Notes under the pieces: model-generated
What the model saw: the letters and a program-made list of their open reading frames with translations, nothing else
Databases searched by the model: none
Told to the model about the DNA's origin: nothing
Assembly: GCA_965222375.1 (NCBI GenBank)
Contig: CBDCTZ010000015.1
Span: 1,280,001 to 1,344,000 of the forward strand
Source of the DNA: Polyangiaceae bacterium
GTDB taxonomy: Bacteria; Myxococcota_A; Polyangia; Polyangiales; Polyangiaceae
Length of the DNA: 64,000 nt
Direction of reading: 5' to 3'
Part shown: one piece after another, positions 19,614 through 29,752 of the stretch
Position numbering within the stretch: position 1 is the first letter of the stretch
Layout of the letters: every line of letters starts with the position of its first letter
Translations under genes and position numbers: made by a program

Positions 19614-20465
19614 ATGAGGCTGTGGCACACGCATTGCTTTCTTACGGGCATGACTTCCGATGACATTCGGAGATTGTCGAGGAAGCCGACGATCTTGCTG
19701 GCGCTGCGACTGGCGGCAGTGAGCTTCGCCATGGGTGCGGCTAGCTGTGGCAACAGTGACCCAAGTAGTGCGGTCAACGGCGACGCCGGCGACGCGAATC
19801 CCGGCTCGTCGGACGCTGCAGGCCGCGACGGCGGGCACGACGTCAATGCTGGCGTTTCTTGCGCGAGCGGCAACTGCACCCTGGATTGCGACCCCGCCGA
19901 GAGCCAGGTCGCGCTACTCGCCGAGACCGCGTCCGATCCGAAGTTGTGGGCGCTCGGTGACCCAGAGCCTGTCCCATTGAGCGAAGTTGGCGACGGACAG
20001 CACCACTTGTTCGTAGGCGTATTCCACGAGGGGCAGGGCAGCGCGGAGTGTTCGCCCGCGGGAAAGCCCTATGGCAATTCTTTTGTCCACGACGCAGTCG
20101 CCGACACGCCCGAGGGCCCCTACACCATCACCGCCGAACCCATCCTGTCTCCAACACAGGTCGACGAATACGATCGCTGTGGAATCGAGACCCCTTCCTA
20201 CTTACGCGTGGACGAACAGACCGAGTACCTCTACTACTGCGGACTGTCGGCTCCGTCGAAGGGCAACCTCGCCGCGCTACGCCGACGCAACGGCGGAGCC
20301 TGGGAGAAGGTCGGGATCGTGGCCGCGATGTTGCCGGGCCAAACGTCGCAATGCGAGCCCGACATCGTGCGAGACCCTGCGACAGGCCTGTACACTCTAT
20401 TTTACATGAGCGACTACGAGAACTGGCCGCTACCGATCCTCCGCACCCCAGTGCCGATTTCGTGA
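19614..20465 (+). CDS. Lipoprotein with partial glycoside-hydrolase-like beta-propeller, probably 3'-truncated
   Basis: AASC lipobox, GDP, ETPSY, EPDIV blade motifs; 3' end overlaps the convergent gene by about 50 bp. Confidence 0.55.
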   Translation: MRLWHTHCFLTGMTSDDIRRLSRKPTILLALRLAAVSFAMGAASCGNSDPSSAVNGDAGDANPGSSDAAGRDGGHDVNAGVSCASGNCTLDCDPAESQVALLAETASDPKLWALGDPEPVPLSEVGDGQHHLFVGVFHEGQGSAECSPAGKPYGNSFVHDAVADTPEGPYTITAEPILSPTQVDEYDRCGIETPSYLRVDEQTEYLYYCGLSAPSKGNLAALRRRNGGAWEKVGIVAAMLPGQTSQCEPDIVRDPATGLYTLFYMSDYENWPLPILRTPVPIS

Positions 20466-20719
20466 CTGAGGCGCCCACCGTAGGAGCTGATCACCAGCCG
20501 TTGCGTTCCCACTTGAAGTGCCCAAGTCGCGACGGGGTCTTCGGCCTTGCGCCGTCTCCCGCGCTTGGAGCCGCCCGCATAGCTAGCGGCCAACACCTCA
20601 CCCTCCTGAGTGGCCACTGTGAGTCCCTTGACCCCCAGCGCTCGTCGCTGGGATTCCAACAACAGCGTAAGGGCCTCGCCCGGATCGCTGCTGCGCTTGA
20701 TTCGACGTTCCTCCATCAT
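20414..20719 (-). CDS. Small protein, possibly roadblock/LC7-like
   Basis: ERRIKRSSDPGEALTLLL...GLTVATQEGEVLAAS. Confidence 0.5.
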   Translation of the reverse strand: MMEERRIKRSSDPGEALTLLLESQRRALGVKGLTVATQEGEVLAASYAGGSKRGRRRKAEDPVATWALQVGTQRLVISSYGGRLSHEIGTGVRRIGSGQFS

Positions 20720-20781
20720 GAGATCTTCGCGCCGCCCCATCCGGGTGGCCAAGAAACGCACTCACGGAACGCACACAGACC

Positions 20782-21438
20782 CTATTCGAGCTCGATGCTT
20801 GTGGTCTCGCACGCGATTGCGAACGCTTCGAGAGCCGGCACCAGCGACTCGTGATCGAGAAAGGCACTGCACGTCAGATACCTACTCGCGCCGGTCCGGT
20901 GCCAGGCTGCCTCGACGCGAGCGCGCTTGCCGTCCTTGCCGCGCAGCGTCATCAACCGTCCGTTCTCTGGCAGCTTCTTGTCCACCACCACTTCGTACTG
21001 CTTGTCCTTACTGAGTGCATTGAACCGCTCGGTGATGAGCGCCGGCCAATCCTTCTCCACGCATAGTCCGTCACAGTTGTAGCCAACCTGGAAGTTCGTC
21101 ACGAACCCGAGGTCGGGCTCCTTGGGGGGTTCGAACCAGTTTGGGAAGCCTTTGTCTTTCTTGGAAGGCCAACCGCTGGGCACAGCGCCGTAGCTAGTGA
21201 CCTCTTTGTTTCGCGACTGGACTTTCTTCAGTTCGAAGCGGAGCTTGCCTTGCAGCGCTTTCGGGAGCTTCGCGTTGGCGGCCGCCGCGGAATCCAGGAC
21301 GGGCACCGTTGCTGCGCTAGTGACAGCGCTGGCTGAGCCGGCTGCGGAGTTGCTGTTCTCTGAGGCGTCTCGAAAAGCGTTGCAGCCCAAAGCGGCCAGC
21401 GAGGCAATCACAAGAAGCGTGCCCTGGTGGAATTTCAT
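20782..21438 (-). CDS. Hypothetical lipoprotein
   Basis: ALGC lipobox; NCDGLCVEKDW motif. Confidence 0.7.
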   Translation of the reverse strand: MKFHQGTLLVIASLAALGCNAFRDASENSNSAAGSASAVTSAATVPVLDSAAAANAKLPKALQGKLRFELKKVQSRNKEVTSYGAVPSGWPSKKDKGFPNWFEPPKEPDLGFVTNFQVGYNCDGLCVEKDWPALITERFNALSKDKQYEVVVDKKLPENGRLMTLRGKDGKRARVEAAWHRTGASRYLTCSAFLDHESLVPALEAFAIACETTSIELE

Positions 21439-21616
21439 CACGGTTCCCAATCCCCTCAGCAAGAGGGCGCAATCGACGGAATCGAACCTTCACGGGCGGG
21501 AGATACTCGATCAAGTTACATTCCGATTACATCGCGGCGCTGCTCGCAGCGCCGCGCGCCCGAAAGAACTCGGCTCCGGGGTGGCGCATTCTGACAACGT
21601 GCTACATTCCGGCGCA

Positions 21617-22606
21617 ATGCGGCGGGACAGGGCTTGGGCCGTGGTGATGTGTGCACTTGCTGCGTGGGGTTGCAGCGGCACGGGTGGCGGCGGCAATCAA
21701 CGGCCCTTGCCGGACAGCGGCCTCACGGGTGGTGCATCCGCGACGGGCGGAAGCTCGGCAACCGGCGGCACGTCGGCGTTCGGCGGCTCCGGCGCGTTCG
21801 GGGGCAGCGGCGGCACTGCCGCGTTCGGTGGAACCAGTGCGACTGGCGGCACGTCGGCATTCGGTGGCACGGGTGGCACGGCCGCAACCGGAGGCACCAG
21901 CGCGACGGGCGGCATGTCTGCGTCAGGCGGCACTAGCGCGACAGGGGGCACGTCGGCGTTCGGCGGCACGGGTGGCACCAGCGCCACGGGCGGAACTTCC
22001 GCAACCGGCGGCAGCTCTGCAACCGGGGGCACGGGCGGCACCGCCGCGACGGGCGGCGTTGGCGCGACCGGCGGGTCCGGCGGCACGACGGGCGGCTGCA
22101 TCTCGGGGGCCACGGGCACCCATGCGATGCGCTTTCGCTGGGCCGGCAACGGCCCCAACTCGACGGCGTATCCGGTTTACGAACTCAACAACTTGCCCGA
22201 CAAGTCCAACTGGAAGGTTGGCGCCTACTCGCAAAGCATCGGCTACAAGCCGGTGTTCAGCGACACCTTCCTGGGCAAGGGTGGTCTGTCCCTATCTGGC
22301 ACTGTGTTCATTGATGTCGACATGAGCACCGTGGGTCTCTCGTCCATCAAGAACGTGACCCTTTCTATCCTGGGCCGAAGCTTCAACACCACCACGAGCG
22401 GGAGCTTCACCTGGCAGACCTTCAAGGGCACGGGCGCATCGCCGCTGGGCGGCGTATCGAACGCCGCGCCCTACAAGTGGTATGGCGCCAATGCCACCGC
22501 CTCGTTCACGCCTGGCGATGGTGGCATCAAGCTCCGGATCAAAGCCGGCGGCCCATCTGGTTCCCTAGTCGTGAACAGTGTTGAAGTTTGTTTCGACGCG
22601 ACGTAA
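21617..22606 (+). CDS. Lipoprotein with long SATGG/SAFGG repeat linker and beta-rich C-terminal domain
   Basis: AWGC lipobox; about 20 Gly/Thr/Ser repeat units. Confidence 0.8.
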   Translation: MRRDRAWAVVMCALAAWGCSGTGGGGNQRPLPDSGLTGGASATGGSSATGGTSAFGGSGAFGGSGGTAAFGGTSATGGTSAFGGTGGTAATGGTSATGGMSASGGTSATGGTSAFGGTGGTSATGGTSATGGSSATGGTGGTAATGGVGATGGSGGTTGGCISGATGTHAMRFRWAGNGPNSTAYPVYELNNLPDKSNWKVGAYSQSIGYKPVFSDTFLGKGGLSLSGTVFIDVDMSTVGLSSIKNVTLSILGRSFNTTTSGSFTWQTFKGTGASPLGGVSNAAPYKWYGANATASFTPGDGGIKLRIKAGGPSGSLVVNSVEVCFDAT

Positions 22607-22828
22607 CTGCTGTCGAGGGCGACAGCCCAAGACGCCTTCATTGATCCAATTCGATGGTCGCATCGTTCGATGACACGGCCGTCGAGGGCGGCCCACAGCC
22701 TAGGAAGCTTTCGTTGCCCAGTGATGACGGGACGCAGCGCTTGCGGCACAACTACGGCGACGTGGCGCGCAGCGTCGCGACCGCGAGGGAAGGCGAGCTC
22801 CGGAGTGCCCGCACCGGGCGGCCTAGGA

Positions 22829-22870
22829 CGAGAGAAGTGGCCCAGGGACGGGCAGCGCCCCGACCCCAAA
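22829..22870 (-). repeat. Dispersed bipartite motif copy
   Basis: TTTGGGGTCGG-N14-CTGGGCCACTTCTCTCG. Confidence 0.8.
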
Positions 22871-22880
22871 CCAAACAACT

Positions 22881-23735
22881 TCACTCGTGGATTCGGTCCG
22901 GGTCTCCGAGGAATTCGAAGTGCATCGTGTCTTGGAGTTCGTCGTGGCCGAGCCAGTGGAAGCCGTAGCGTTCGAACACTTCGACCCAGCAGCGAGGCAT
23001 GACCATGCGGTCGTAGATGGACTCGACGTCCTTCTTGCACAACGGGTTTTCGCTCCACTTGCCCACGCAGCCGCAGCAGGGATTGCGGTCGGAATCGATG
23101 TCGATGGCAATGCCGTAGACGTGATTCGAGACTTCGTAGTCCTGATACGTGTTTTCGAGGCGCAGACCGCTGGCGTGACGCGGGTGGTACGGCTGCCGGG
23201 TGCAGTCGCGCTTCAAGGCTGCCTCTACGCAGGCCAAAGCGGGCACGGCTTTGCGATGCAGCACGAGCACGTGTCCGAAGAATTTGGTGCGCTTGGCGTA
23301 AAACTGCGGCGGGTGCGGATTGTCGCTGCGGCGGCCGAAGCCCGGGAAGCGTCCGTACTGGCGCGTGCGATAGTCGATGGCGCGTTTGCGCGCTGACTCG
23401 ATCTGCTTTTGCTCATCGGGCGAAGCGCCGATCTTGGCGATCTGCCCTTTTCGCAGCAGGAAGTCTTGAGCGCGCTGCTCACGGCATTGGCGCCCGTCCA
23501 CAACCACCGGCGCGGGCTTGGCGCCTGCACCAGCGGATGCCGCGGGCGGCGCCGATGCAGTTGGGGTCGACTCGGACTTCGCCTGCGGTTTCGTGCGGGC
23601 AGCGACTTCCGGTCGCGGCTCTGGTGACGATCGCTTCTTGGCCGGTTCGGCCTCGGCCTCTTGACAGCCAAGCGCAAGTAGCGCGACGCACAGCGTCCAG
23701 AAGCTGCAGCGCAGTGGCTTGGAGCAGTGAGGCAT
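22881..23735 (-). CDS. M15 family (D-Ala-D-Ala carboxypeptidase-like) metallopeptidase lipoprotein
   Basis: SNHVYGIAIDID and DTMHFEF motifs; ALGC lipobox. Confidence 0.85.
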   Translation of the reverse strand: MPHCSKPLRCSFWTLCVALLALGCQEAEAEPAKKRSSPEPRPEVAARTKPQAKSESTPTASAPPAASAGAGAKPAPVVVDGRQCREQRAQDFLLRKGQIAKIGASPDEQKQIESARKRAIDYRTRQYGRFPGFGRRSDNPHPPQFYAKRTKFFGHVLVLHRKAVPALACVEAALKRDCTRQPYHPRHASGLRLENTYQDYEVSNHVYGIAIDIDSDRNPCCGCVGKWSENPLCKKDVESIYDRMVMPRCWVEVFERYGFHWLGHDELQDTMHFEFLGDPDRIHE

Positions 23736-23845
23736 GTTCGAACCGTCGAGCATGATAGGCCAGGTCGCAGTAGCCGTCATCGACTCAGCGCTCTCGAGGT
23801 CAAGCTCAAGAGCCGCCACGGAGGCCGCGCGCTCTAGGTACCGGA

Positions 23846-24514
23846 CTAGTTGCGCTTCTTGCGCCCCCGCGCCCCAACGGCTTTCGATTGAATGGCAAGC
23901 GGCTTTTCGGGAGGGATCAGCTGGGCCGCAACTCGGTCGACGAAGAAATGCTTCACCCATTCGAAGTCGTTGGGCCCTTCTCCCGGCAGAGGCGGCTCCT
24001 GGTCCGCATCATCGAAATAGGTCAACGCGCGCAAAACCAGGCCTTCGTTGACCTCGCCTGCGTACATCGCCCGGAGGGCCTGCAAACCGCTAGCGATCCC
24101 CAAGCGCTCTTGGTTCAAGACCACGTAGAGGTCGAAGAAGTCCCGGCGCGTACCCCGGTCGAGGAGGGCGTGAAGCTTGGTCGCCAGGATCCCCTCGACG
24201 TTGAGCACGCCGTCTTCCACATGACTGAGCAGCTTGGGCAAGACGAAGATGGAGACGTCGACGCCATCGAAGTTGAGGTGCGTCGTGTCCGGCGACTTTT
24301 CGATGACTTCAACGCGACCGCGCTTTCGCAGCTGCGCCAAAAGCGCACTCATGTCCTTGGCGCGCCCAACTCCGAAGTCGACGTCCGTACTCGGGCGGTA
24401 GGGATAGTGACAACGAACCGCTTGGCCCCCGATCACGAACCAGCCCTTGCTGCCGCGCACAGCGCGGGCCACAGCTTCGGGCATCACATCCAACGGAGCA
24501 AAGCGCCGCGTCAT
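23846..24514 (-). CDS. AbiEii/AbiGii-family nucleotidyltransferase toxin
   Basis: IGGQAV...RPSTDVDF...KLHALLDRGTRRDFFDLY...LTYFDDAD. Confidence 0.88.
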   Translation of the reverse strand: MTRRFAPLDVMPEAVARAVRGSKGWFVIGGQAVRCHYPYRPSTDVDFGVGRAKDMSALLAQLRKRGRVEVIEKSPDTTHLNFDGVDVSIFVLPKLLSHVEDGVLNVEGILATKLHALLDRGTRRDFFDLYVVLNQERLGIASGLQALRAMYAGEVNEGLVLRALTYFDDADQEPPLPGEGPNDFEWVKHFFVDRVAAQLIPPEKPLAIQSKAVGARGRKKRN

Positions 24515-24960
24515 CGCATCCCCCGTCGATGCATGACGGCACGGAGCAATGCCAAGCTCTTGGGTCGCCAGCCGCGCATCTGAGCAGCCGCCCACAGGCA
24601 TAACCAAGGCAGCGTGGACGCGTAGCTGATGGCGGCTGTGTCACCGTAGTTGAACGTGGCGAACACAATCTGGCGACCCGCAATGCGAACGCCACCGATG
24701 TTGTGCAGGGTACGCTTGACTGACTCTGGCAGGGCTCCTCGATCGTACTCGATGGGCGGCAGCCGATTGACCGCGTTGTAGATGGTACTGCGAGCAGGCA
24801 CCCGGCGGCCCGAACGCTGACAAAACTCGGCGAGCCCACGACTGACCTCCGACGCCCCCGGCCGGTCGTAGCCCTGGGGCTTGAGCAGCGCGTGTAGCTG
24901 CTGCTCGACAGCTGGATCCAGGCGACTACGACCTCGGTCCGAGCGACGTCTCCGGGTCAT
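24511..24960 (-). CDS. Putative antitoxin with transposase-like HTH
   Basis: ATGA overlap with the toxin; RRRRSDRGRSRL...VPARSTIYNAV resembles Mu/TnsB-type DNA-binding helices. Confidence 0.65.
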   Translation of the reverse strand: MTRRRRSDRGRSRLDPAVEQQLHALLKPQGYDRPGASEVSRGLAEFCQRSGRRVPARSTIYNAVNRLPPIEYDRGALPESVKRTLHNIGGVRIAGRQIVFATFNYGDTAAISYASTLPWLCLWAAAQMRGWRPKSLALLRAVMHRRGMR

Positions 24961-25288
24961 TAATTCTGACACTTCATCAGATTAAACATAGACGTGATTG
25001 GCGGCAAGGCCCCCGATTGGCCCAACGGGCGACCCTCGAGCAGGCAACACGCGGTGCGCGTGGCTTCGCCGAGGTTACGTGCCGACATGCCCCAGCCGCA
25101 CTTTCCGTTGGCAAGCCCAGGAACGGTAGCTTGTCGTCGAGGCTGATCGGCGTGCCCTTGTGAGAGACGCCCTGGGACTTCAGTTTCAAGAACAAGATCG
25201 CCGAGAACCTGGCGCCCGCAAGTGGCGCCTCGGAACGCCAGAACATTCGTCACGATGGATCCGAGGCGACGTCCCACCTAGGCCGACG

Positions 25289-25699
25289 TCAACGGCAGGT
25301 GAACTTGTATCGCCCGGCCTTCGTGCATTGGGTTCGCCCCGGCGGGTACGCGCGATCGATGCGTATCTTATGCGTGCCTTGGGCGTCGCAGTAGTAGCAA
25401 CTCAGCGTCTTGGTCGTGGGAGAGGCGAAGCTCGCATTGTCCGACATGCAGACGCCCAGCGCATAGTTTCGAATCGTACTGAACGCCCGCCAGGACGCCG
25501 GCGCCCTGACCGCGTGCGAAACAGGAACGTTGGCCGGGCAATACACCGTCTCGCTCTTTGGCTTGGATTTGCCACCCTTGTGCGGAAACTTCTTGCTCGA
25601 ACCCGGCTTCTTCTTCGGCGCCGGCGCTCCATGTACCGCTGCCGTCGTCAGAGCCAAGCTCGCCACAGCCACGAGACCTCCCAGTTTCAACTTCCTCAT
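25289..25699 (-). CDS. Small secreted Cys-containing protein
   Basis: Signal peptide, Lys-rich segment, six Cys. Confidence 0.6.
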   Translation of the reverse strand: MRKLKLGGLVAVASLALTTAAVHGAPAPKKKPGSSKKFPHKGGKSKPKSETVYCPANVPVSHAVRAPASWRAFSTIRNYALGVCMSDNASFASPTTKTLSCYYCDAQGTHKIRIDRAYPPGRTQCTKAGRYKFTCR

Positions 25700-25743
25700 G
25701 CGTCCTCCCAATCCAAACCCAACTGTAGCCTAGAGTGCGTTTG

Positions 25744-25788
25744 TTTGGGGGTCGCATCCCTGGGGCGGCGTTGGATCCCTACTCTCGA
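25744..25788 (+). repeat. Dispersed bipartite motif copy
   Basis: TTTGGGGGTCGC-N15-TTGGATCCCTACTCTCGA. Confidence 0.8.
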
Positions 25789-25942
25789 GCAGTCGCCCGC
25801 GTTGCGGCAGGGGCGCCGGGTCGCCAAAACGCCAGCCCCTCGTCCACACCAGTCGACGCCGCTGCCAGGCTTGGCGGTCTCCTTCAACGTCAACAGTTCG
25901 CCGCCTAGGCCAGCGGGCAATACTCGTTCCGCGCTGGGGTGC

Positions 25943-26848
25943 TCACTCGGGCGGTGGTATCGGCAAGTCGGGCACGCATTCGAGGTTCACGCTGATGGCG
26001 CTGGGCGCCCAGGCGAGGTTCAGCGGATTGAAAACGATGCCGCTCGGCTTGGTGATCGCGCTCATGTTGGCAAAATCCTGCGCCGTCACGACGCCCTCGT
26101 AGTCCATCACCGCGAGGAAACCCTTCCCGTATACGGAGACGAACTCACCCACTTCTTGTACCCAGGGGTTGGGCCAACCCTGGCGGAAGCCGCAGAAGAT
26201 GACGACGTCGAAGTCCGCGGCTAGGGCCGCGGCGTTGCCCTTGTACTTCGCGGGCAAATCGTCGCCCTGGTACTCGATGCTTTTGGGCAGCGGATGATTG
26301 CCGAGCTTGCCGGGTTCGCAAAGGTGGTCGTCTCCGAAGGAGGCGACCCGCGGCGCGGGAACTCCACCCAGGTAGCCCATCACGTCGAAGGCCGCGAGCA
26401 ACTCGGGCAGCGTCGTCGCGTCACACCACGCAATGATGTGCCCCTTGCCCCAGCGGTCCAAAGCGAACACGCGATGCTGTTGTCCACCGAGGCTGATGAA
26501 GCCTTCTCCGTCGAGCGCGGCGCCGGGCTCGAGGCCCAAGGAGCAGGACTGCTGCGTACCGATCGTGAAATTCAGCGCGCCGCAATAGCAACCCGCGTCC
26601 GTGGGCGTTCCACCGTCCGGGCAGGCATCGGATCCACCCGCCCCGTCCGGTACCGACGCGTCCAGGATAATGCTGCCCCCAGTGCCGCCCGTGCTGCCGC
26701 CGGTGCCAAAGCCCCCTGTGCCCACGGAGCCGGCAGTTCCCCCACTCGCCGCGCCCGCGGTCCCCGCGCCACCGACAGGATCGAGCCCCTCCGTCCGAGC
26801 CCCACACCCAACGAGCAGCGCCGCGATCCCCAACGTCGTCCACCGCAT
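25943..26848 (-). CDS. Hypothetical lipoprotein
   Basis: LVGCGART lipobox, Gly linker. Confidence 0.75.
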   Translation of the reverse strand: MRWTTLGIAALLVGCGARTEGLDPVGGAGTAGAASGGTAGSVGTGGFGTGGSTGGTGGSIILDASVPDGAGGSDACPDGGTPTDAGCYCGALNFTIGTQQSCSLGLEPGAALDGEGFISLGGQQHRVFALDRWGKGHIIAWCDATTLPELLAAFDVMGYLGGVPAPRVASFGDDHLCEPGKLGNHPLPKSIEYQGDDLPAKYKGNAAALAADFDVVIFCGFRQGWPNPWVQEVGEFVSVYGKGFLAVMDYEGVVTAQDFANMSAITKPSGIVFNPLNLAWAPSAISVNLECVPDLPIPPPE

Positions 26849-26992
26849 CGCCCCCACCGTAGCGGAATCCGATGCACTGCGCCCGCGCGCGGCTCTCCTG
26901 ATCCCTTTCAACGGAGGCCATGAAATCCCTCCCGCCGTGAGCTGACACGCTTCTGTGCCAGCGTCACGACGCAGGAGTGAACCTAGGGTCCC

Positions 26993-27583
26993 TCAGAAGG
27001 TGCCGACGGCGTTGAACAGCGCGCCTCCAGGAGTGCTGCTGGCGCCGAGTGCGACGCTGGGTGATGGTGCAGGTGGCCGCTCGTCACGAACGTAGACGTC
27101 GCGGGGAATGGCACCGGAGATCAGCAAATACAGGCCAAGGCTTTGCACAGCTGCATCAGCAGCAAAAATGGCGACACACGTCGCATGATCACCGCAGGTG
27201 TCGAGGGCAAGCAAGGGCCCGACGCCCGGCACGACCGCCGGTTGGATCTTCTGTGCAAGGCCCGCGCATCGGTCGTCACCGCGCTCGGCCTCACACGTAA
27301 TGCCCGCCAACCCAAAGTAGAGCGCGGGTGCCCACGCGGCCCCGAAGAGCAAGCCGCCGAGCACTGCTCGACCGGGACGAGCCCGTTCCTCGCGGTGGTA
27401 GCCGGGCGGAGTGATCGGAGCATCCGCCTCGATGACCAACGGTGGCGACGAGTCCGGCTCGGCGAAGCTGTTGCTTCGATCCGGCTTGTCCGGCTTGTCC
27501 AGCGGTCCCCGAGCAAGAGCTGGGCAAGAGCAAAGCAGGCCGAACAAAACAGCGGCGAACCAACAAACCCGGGGCATCCGCAC
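26993..27583 (-). CDS. Secreted or membrane hypothetical protein
   Basis: Signal peptide, PPGYH.EER, VPGVGP, C-terminal GTF. Confidence 0.65.
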   Translation of the reverse strand: MRMPRVCWFAAVLFGLLCSCPALARGPLDKPDKPDRSNSFAEPDSSPPLVIEADAPITPPGYHREERARPGRAVLGGLLFGAAWAPALYFGLAGITCEAERGDDRCAGLAQKIQPAVVPGVGPLLALDTCGDHATCVAIFAADAAVQSLGLYLLISGAIPRDVYVRDERPPAPSPSVALGASSTPGGALFNAVGTF

Positions 27584-27709
27584 CCTCGGTGCAATCCGCG
27601 TGCCTCACACCCTCGGGCGAAAGTGCAGTCAATACGCTCGAAGATTCCGTGTGTGCGCTCGAAAGCGTGCCCCAGCGGCACAGCGTGAACCGTTCAAGCT
27701 CGACCGCCG

Positions 27710-28525
27710 TCATCGGCGGCTACCGCGAAACGCTTGGTACATCATCAAGCTGCCGGCGACAGCGAGGTTCAGCGAGTCCGTGCCGGGCAGCATGGGTATG
27801 CGCACGAGCTTCTGGCACAGCTTGCGCTGTTCGTCGTCCAAACCTCGGCGCTCGTCACCGAGCACGAGAATCGGCGTGGCTCGGTAATGCGACTCGTCGT
27901 ACGCGACCTGCCCGTCCGGGGACACGCCGAGCACCTGCAAGCGATGACGCCGGGCCCAATGGGCCAGCTGCTGAGCTCCTGTGCGCACAAAAATCTGACG
28001 AAACAGTGAGCCCATGCTCGCCCGCACGACCGTCGGGTCAAAGGGATCCACAGCGCCCCCCACCAAGATGAACCCGGCGCCCCCAACGGCCGCCGAGGTG
28101 CGGATGAGGCTGCCGAGATTTCCCGGCGAGCGCACGTGCGTCAGCGCCACCCAACAGGTTCCGCTCCGAGGGCTCACCCGATGCAGCGGGCCCAGCGACT
28201 GCCGCAAGATAGCGCCAACGCCCGATGCTCTCTCGGCCCTAGACACCTGCCGAAACTGTTCCGGCGATGCCAGAGCTGCGGGCGTACCGCCGCGGCGCAG
28301 CTTACGCACCAACTGCCGCGTCACGCCGGACGTCAGCAGGCGTTCGCTGACGATCAAGCGTTCGATCTCAACGTCGTGATCGACGGCGCTGACGAAGTTT
28401 CGAACACCTTCAACGAAGTAGAGCCCCCGTGCATCTCGCTCGCGGCGGCTGTTTTGCAGTCTTGCGACTAGCCCCAGGGTCTCGTCGACCCCACACCTCA
28501 GATCACCGGCTGCTCTACCGGTCAT
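27710..28525 (-). CDS. TrmH/SpoU family RNA 2'-O-methyltransferase
   Basis: FVEGVR, VRSPGNLGSLIRT, RASMGS, LGDERRGL, IPM...DSLNLAVA. Confidence 0.93.
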   Translation of the reverse strand: MTGRAAGDLRCGVDETLGLVARLQNSRRERDARGLYFVEGVRNFVSAVDHDVEIERLIVSERLLTSGVTRQLVRKLRRGGTPAALASPEQFRQVSRAERASGVGAILRQSLGPLHRVSPRSGTCWVALTHVRSPGNLGSLIRTSAAVGGAGFILVGGAVDPFDPTVVRASMGSLFRQIFVRTGAQQLAHWARRHRLQVLGVSPDGQVAYDESHYRATPILVLGDERRGLDDEQRKLCQKLVRIPMLPGTDSLNLAVAGSLMMYQAFRGSRR

Positions 28526-28571
28526 CCTCCTCAATGCGAGCGCCAACACTCGCTGCAAGCGTTTTCATCAT
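28515..28571 (-). CDS. Possible leader peptide MMKTLAASVGARIEEDDR overlapping the TrmH start
   Basis: 18-codon uORF whose EED codons form the GAGGAGG immediately before the TrmH ATG. Confidence 0.35.
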   Translation of the reverse strand: MMKTLAASVGARIEEDDR

Positions 28572-28652
28572 GGGCGCAATGCTAGCCGAGCGGTCGCCCC
28601 GGGCAACCCGTCTCTGCGTCGGCTGGCAGAACCACCAAACCGTCAACAATAG

Positions 28653-28696
28653 TTTTTGGGTCGTTGCGCTCGTGCAGCGTTGGGGAGCGAGTCCCG
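28653..28696 (+). repeat. Dispersed bipartite motif, degenerate copy
   Basis: TTTTTGGGTCGT-N15-TTGGGGAGCGAGTCCCG. Confidence 0.45.
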
Positions 28697-28805
28697 TGCG
28701 CGAGCAGGCTGTGGCATCGGGTCCCCATGACGGATCGCATTTTCCGGTTCTCTATTTCCAACGGGGCGTCACGTTCCATGTCACCCTTGGCTCTGAGGCA
28801 GACCA

Positions 28806-29633
28806 ATGCGAATCCAACCAACGAATCCAACCGTGCGCGCCGTCGCGCCAATTCTGATCTCTTTTCTGTGTGCAGTGGCCTGCGGTGGCGATGACGAGAT
28901 CGGCGCTGACCCCGCCACAGGTGGCCAGGCGGGCGCCGGCGGCGTGGCTGGAAGTATGTTCGGTGGAAACGCTGGGGCAGCTGGACTCGGTGGAAACGCT
29001 GGGGCAGCTGGACTCGGTGGAAACGCTGGGGCAGCTGGACTCGGTGGAAACGCCGGGGCAGCTGGACTCGGTGGGAGCGCCGGGCAAGGCGGGAACGGTG
29101 GCAAAGGAGCCGGAGGCACGGGTGCCGGGGGAGGAGGCACCGCAGGATCCAGCGGTTCAGGCGGCGGTCTAGCCGGCTCCGGCGGCACGAGCGGGACGGT
29201 GTGCCCTCCGTTCGTGAACAGCGGGGCGTTTGTCGCCCCAACTGAGATTGCGGGTCCGTATCCCAAGTCAAAGGGAGGGACGGTCGCCAGCGGAGTCTAC
29301 GAACTCACCAAACTCGAAAAGCTTGCGTCCCTCCCGGGCCCCAAGAAACTCAAGGCTACCCTTCGAGTGGTCGGCAACCAGCTCGAGATGGTCGGTCAAG
29401 AGGAGGGGCAAACCGAGGAGCGTGTGGCAGGGACGTTTGTCGAAAAGGTCTTGGGGCCACCGACAGGCGGCGCTGGCGGCTATGCAGGTGGACCACCTGG
29501 AGTGGACTACAAGCTCAGCATCACTGCAACATGCCCCTTCCCCGGTGGGCAGCTGGACATCGGATACACCGCGACCCCAACCACAGTAACGTTGTTCTTC
29601 TTCCCCACCGTACAGACATTCTCGAAGAAGTAG
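28806..29633 (+). CDS. Gly-rich lipoprotein
   Basis: AVAC lipobox; GGNAGAAGL repeats. Confidence 0.75.
   Translation: MRIQPTNPTVRAVAPILISFLCAVACGGDDEIGADPATGGQAGAGGVAGSMFGGNAGAAGLGGNAGAAGLGGNAGAAGLGGNAGAAGLGGSAGQGGNGGKGAGGTGAGGGGTAGSSGSGGGLAGSGGTSGTVCPPFVNSGAFVAPTEIAGPYPKSKGGTVASGVYELTKLEKLASLPGPKKLKATLRVVGNQLEMVGQEEGQTEERVAGTFVEKVLGPPTGGAGGYAGGPPGVDYKLSITATCPFPGGQLDIGYTATPTTVTLFFFPTVQTFSKK
28961..29068 (+). repeat. In-frame 27-bp tandem repeat x4
   Basis: CGGTGGAAACGCTGGGGCAGCTGGACT units. Confidence 0.9.
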
Positions 29634-29752
29634 CGTGACCGCTCGCGTTGAGTGCAAAGAATGACGTGGCCGCACATCAACTCACAGGCACACTGGATAT
29701 AGGTAGACGCGGCGTCTGGCACAGCCTTGGGAGCGTTTTCGGGCGAAGTAGG

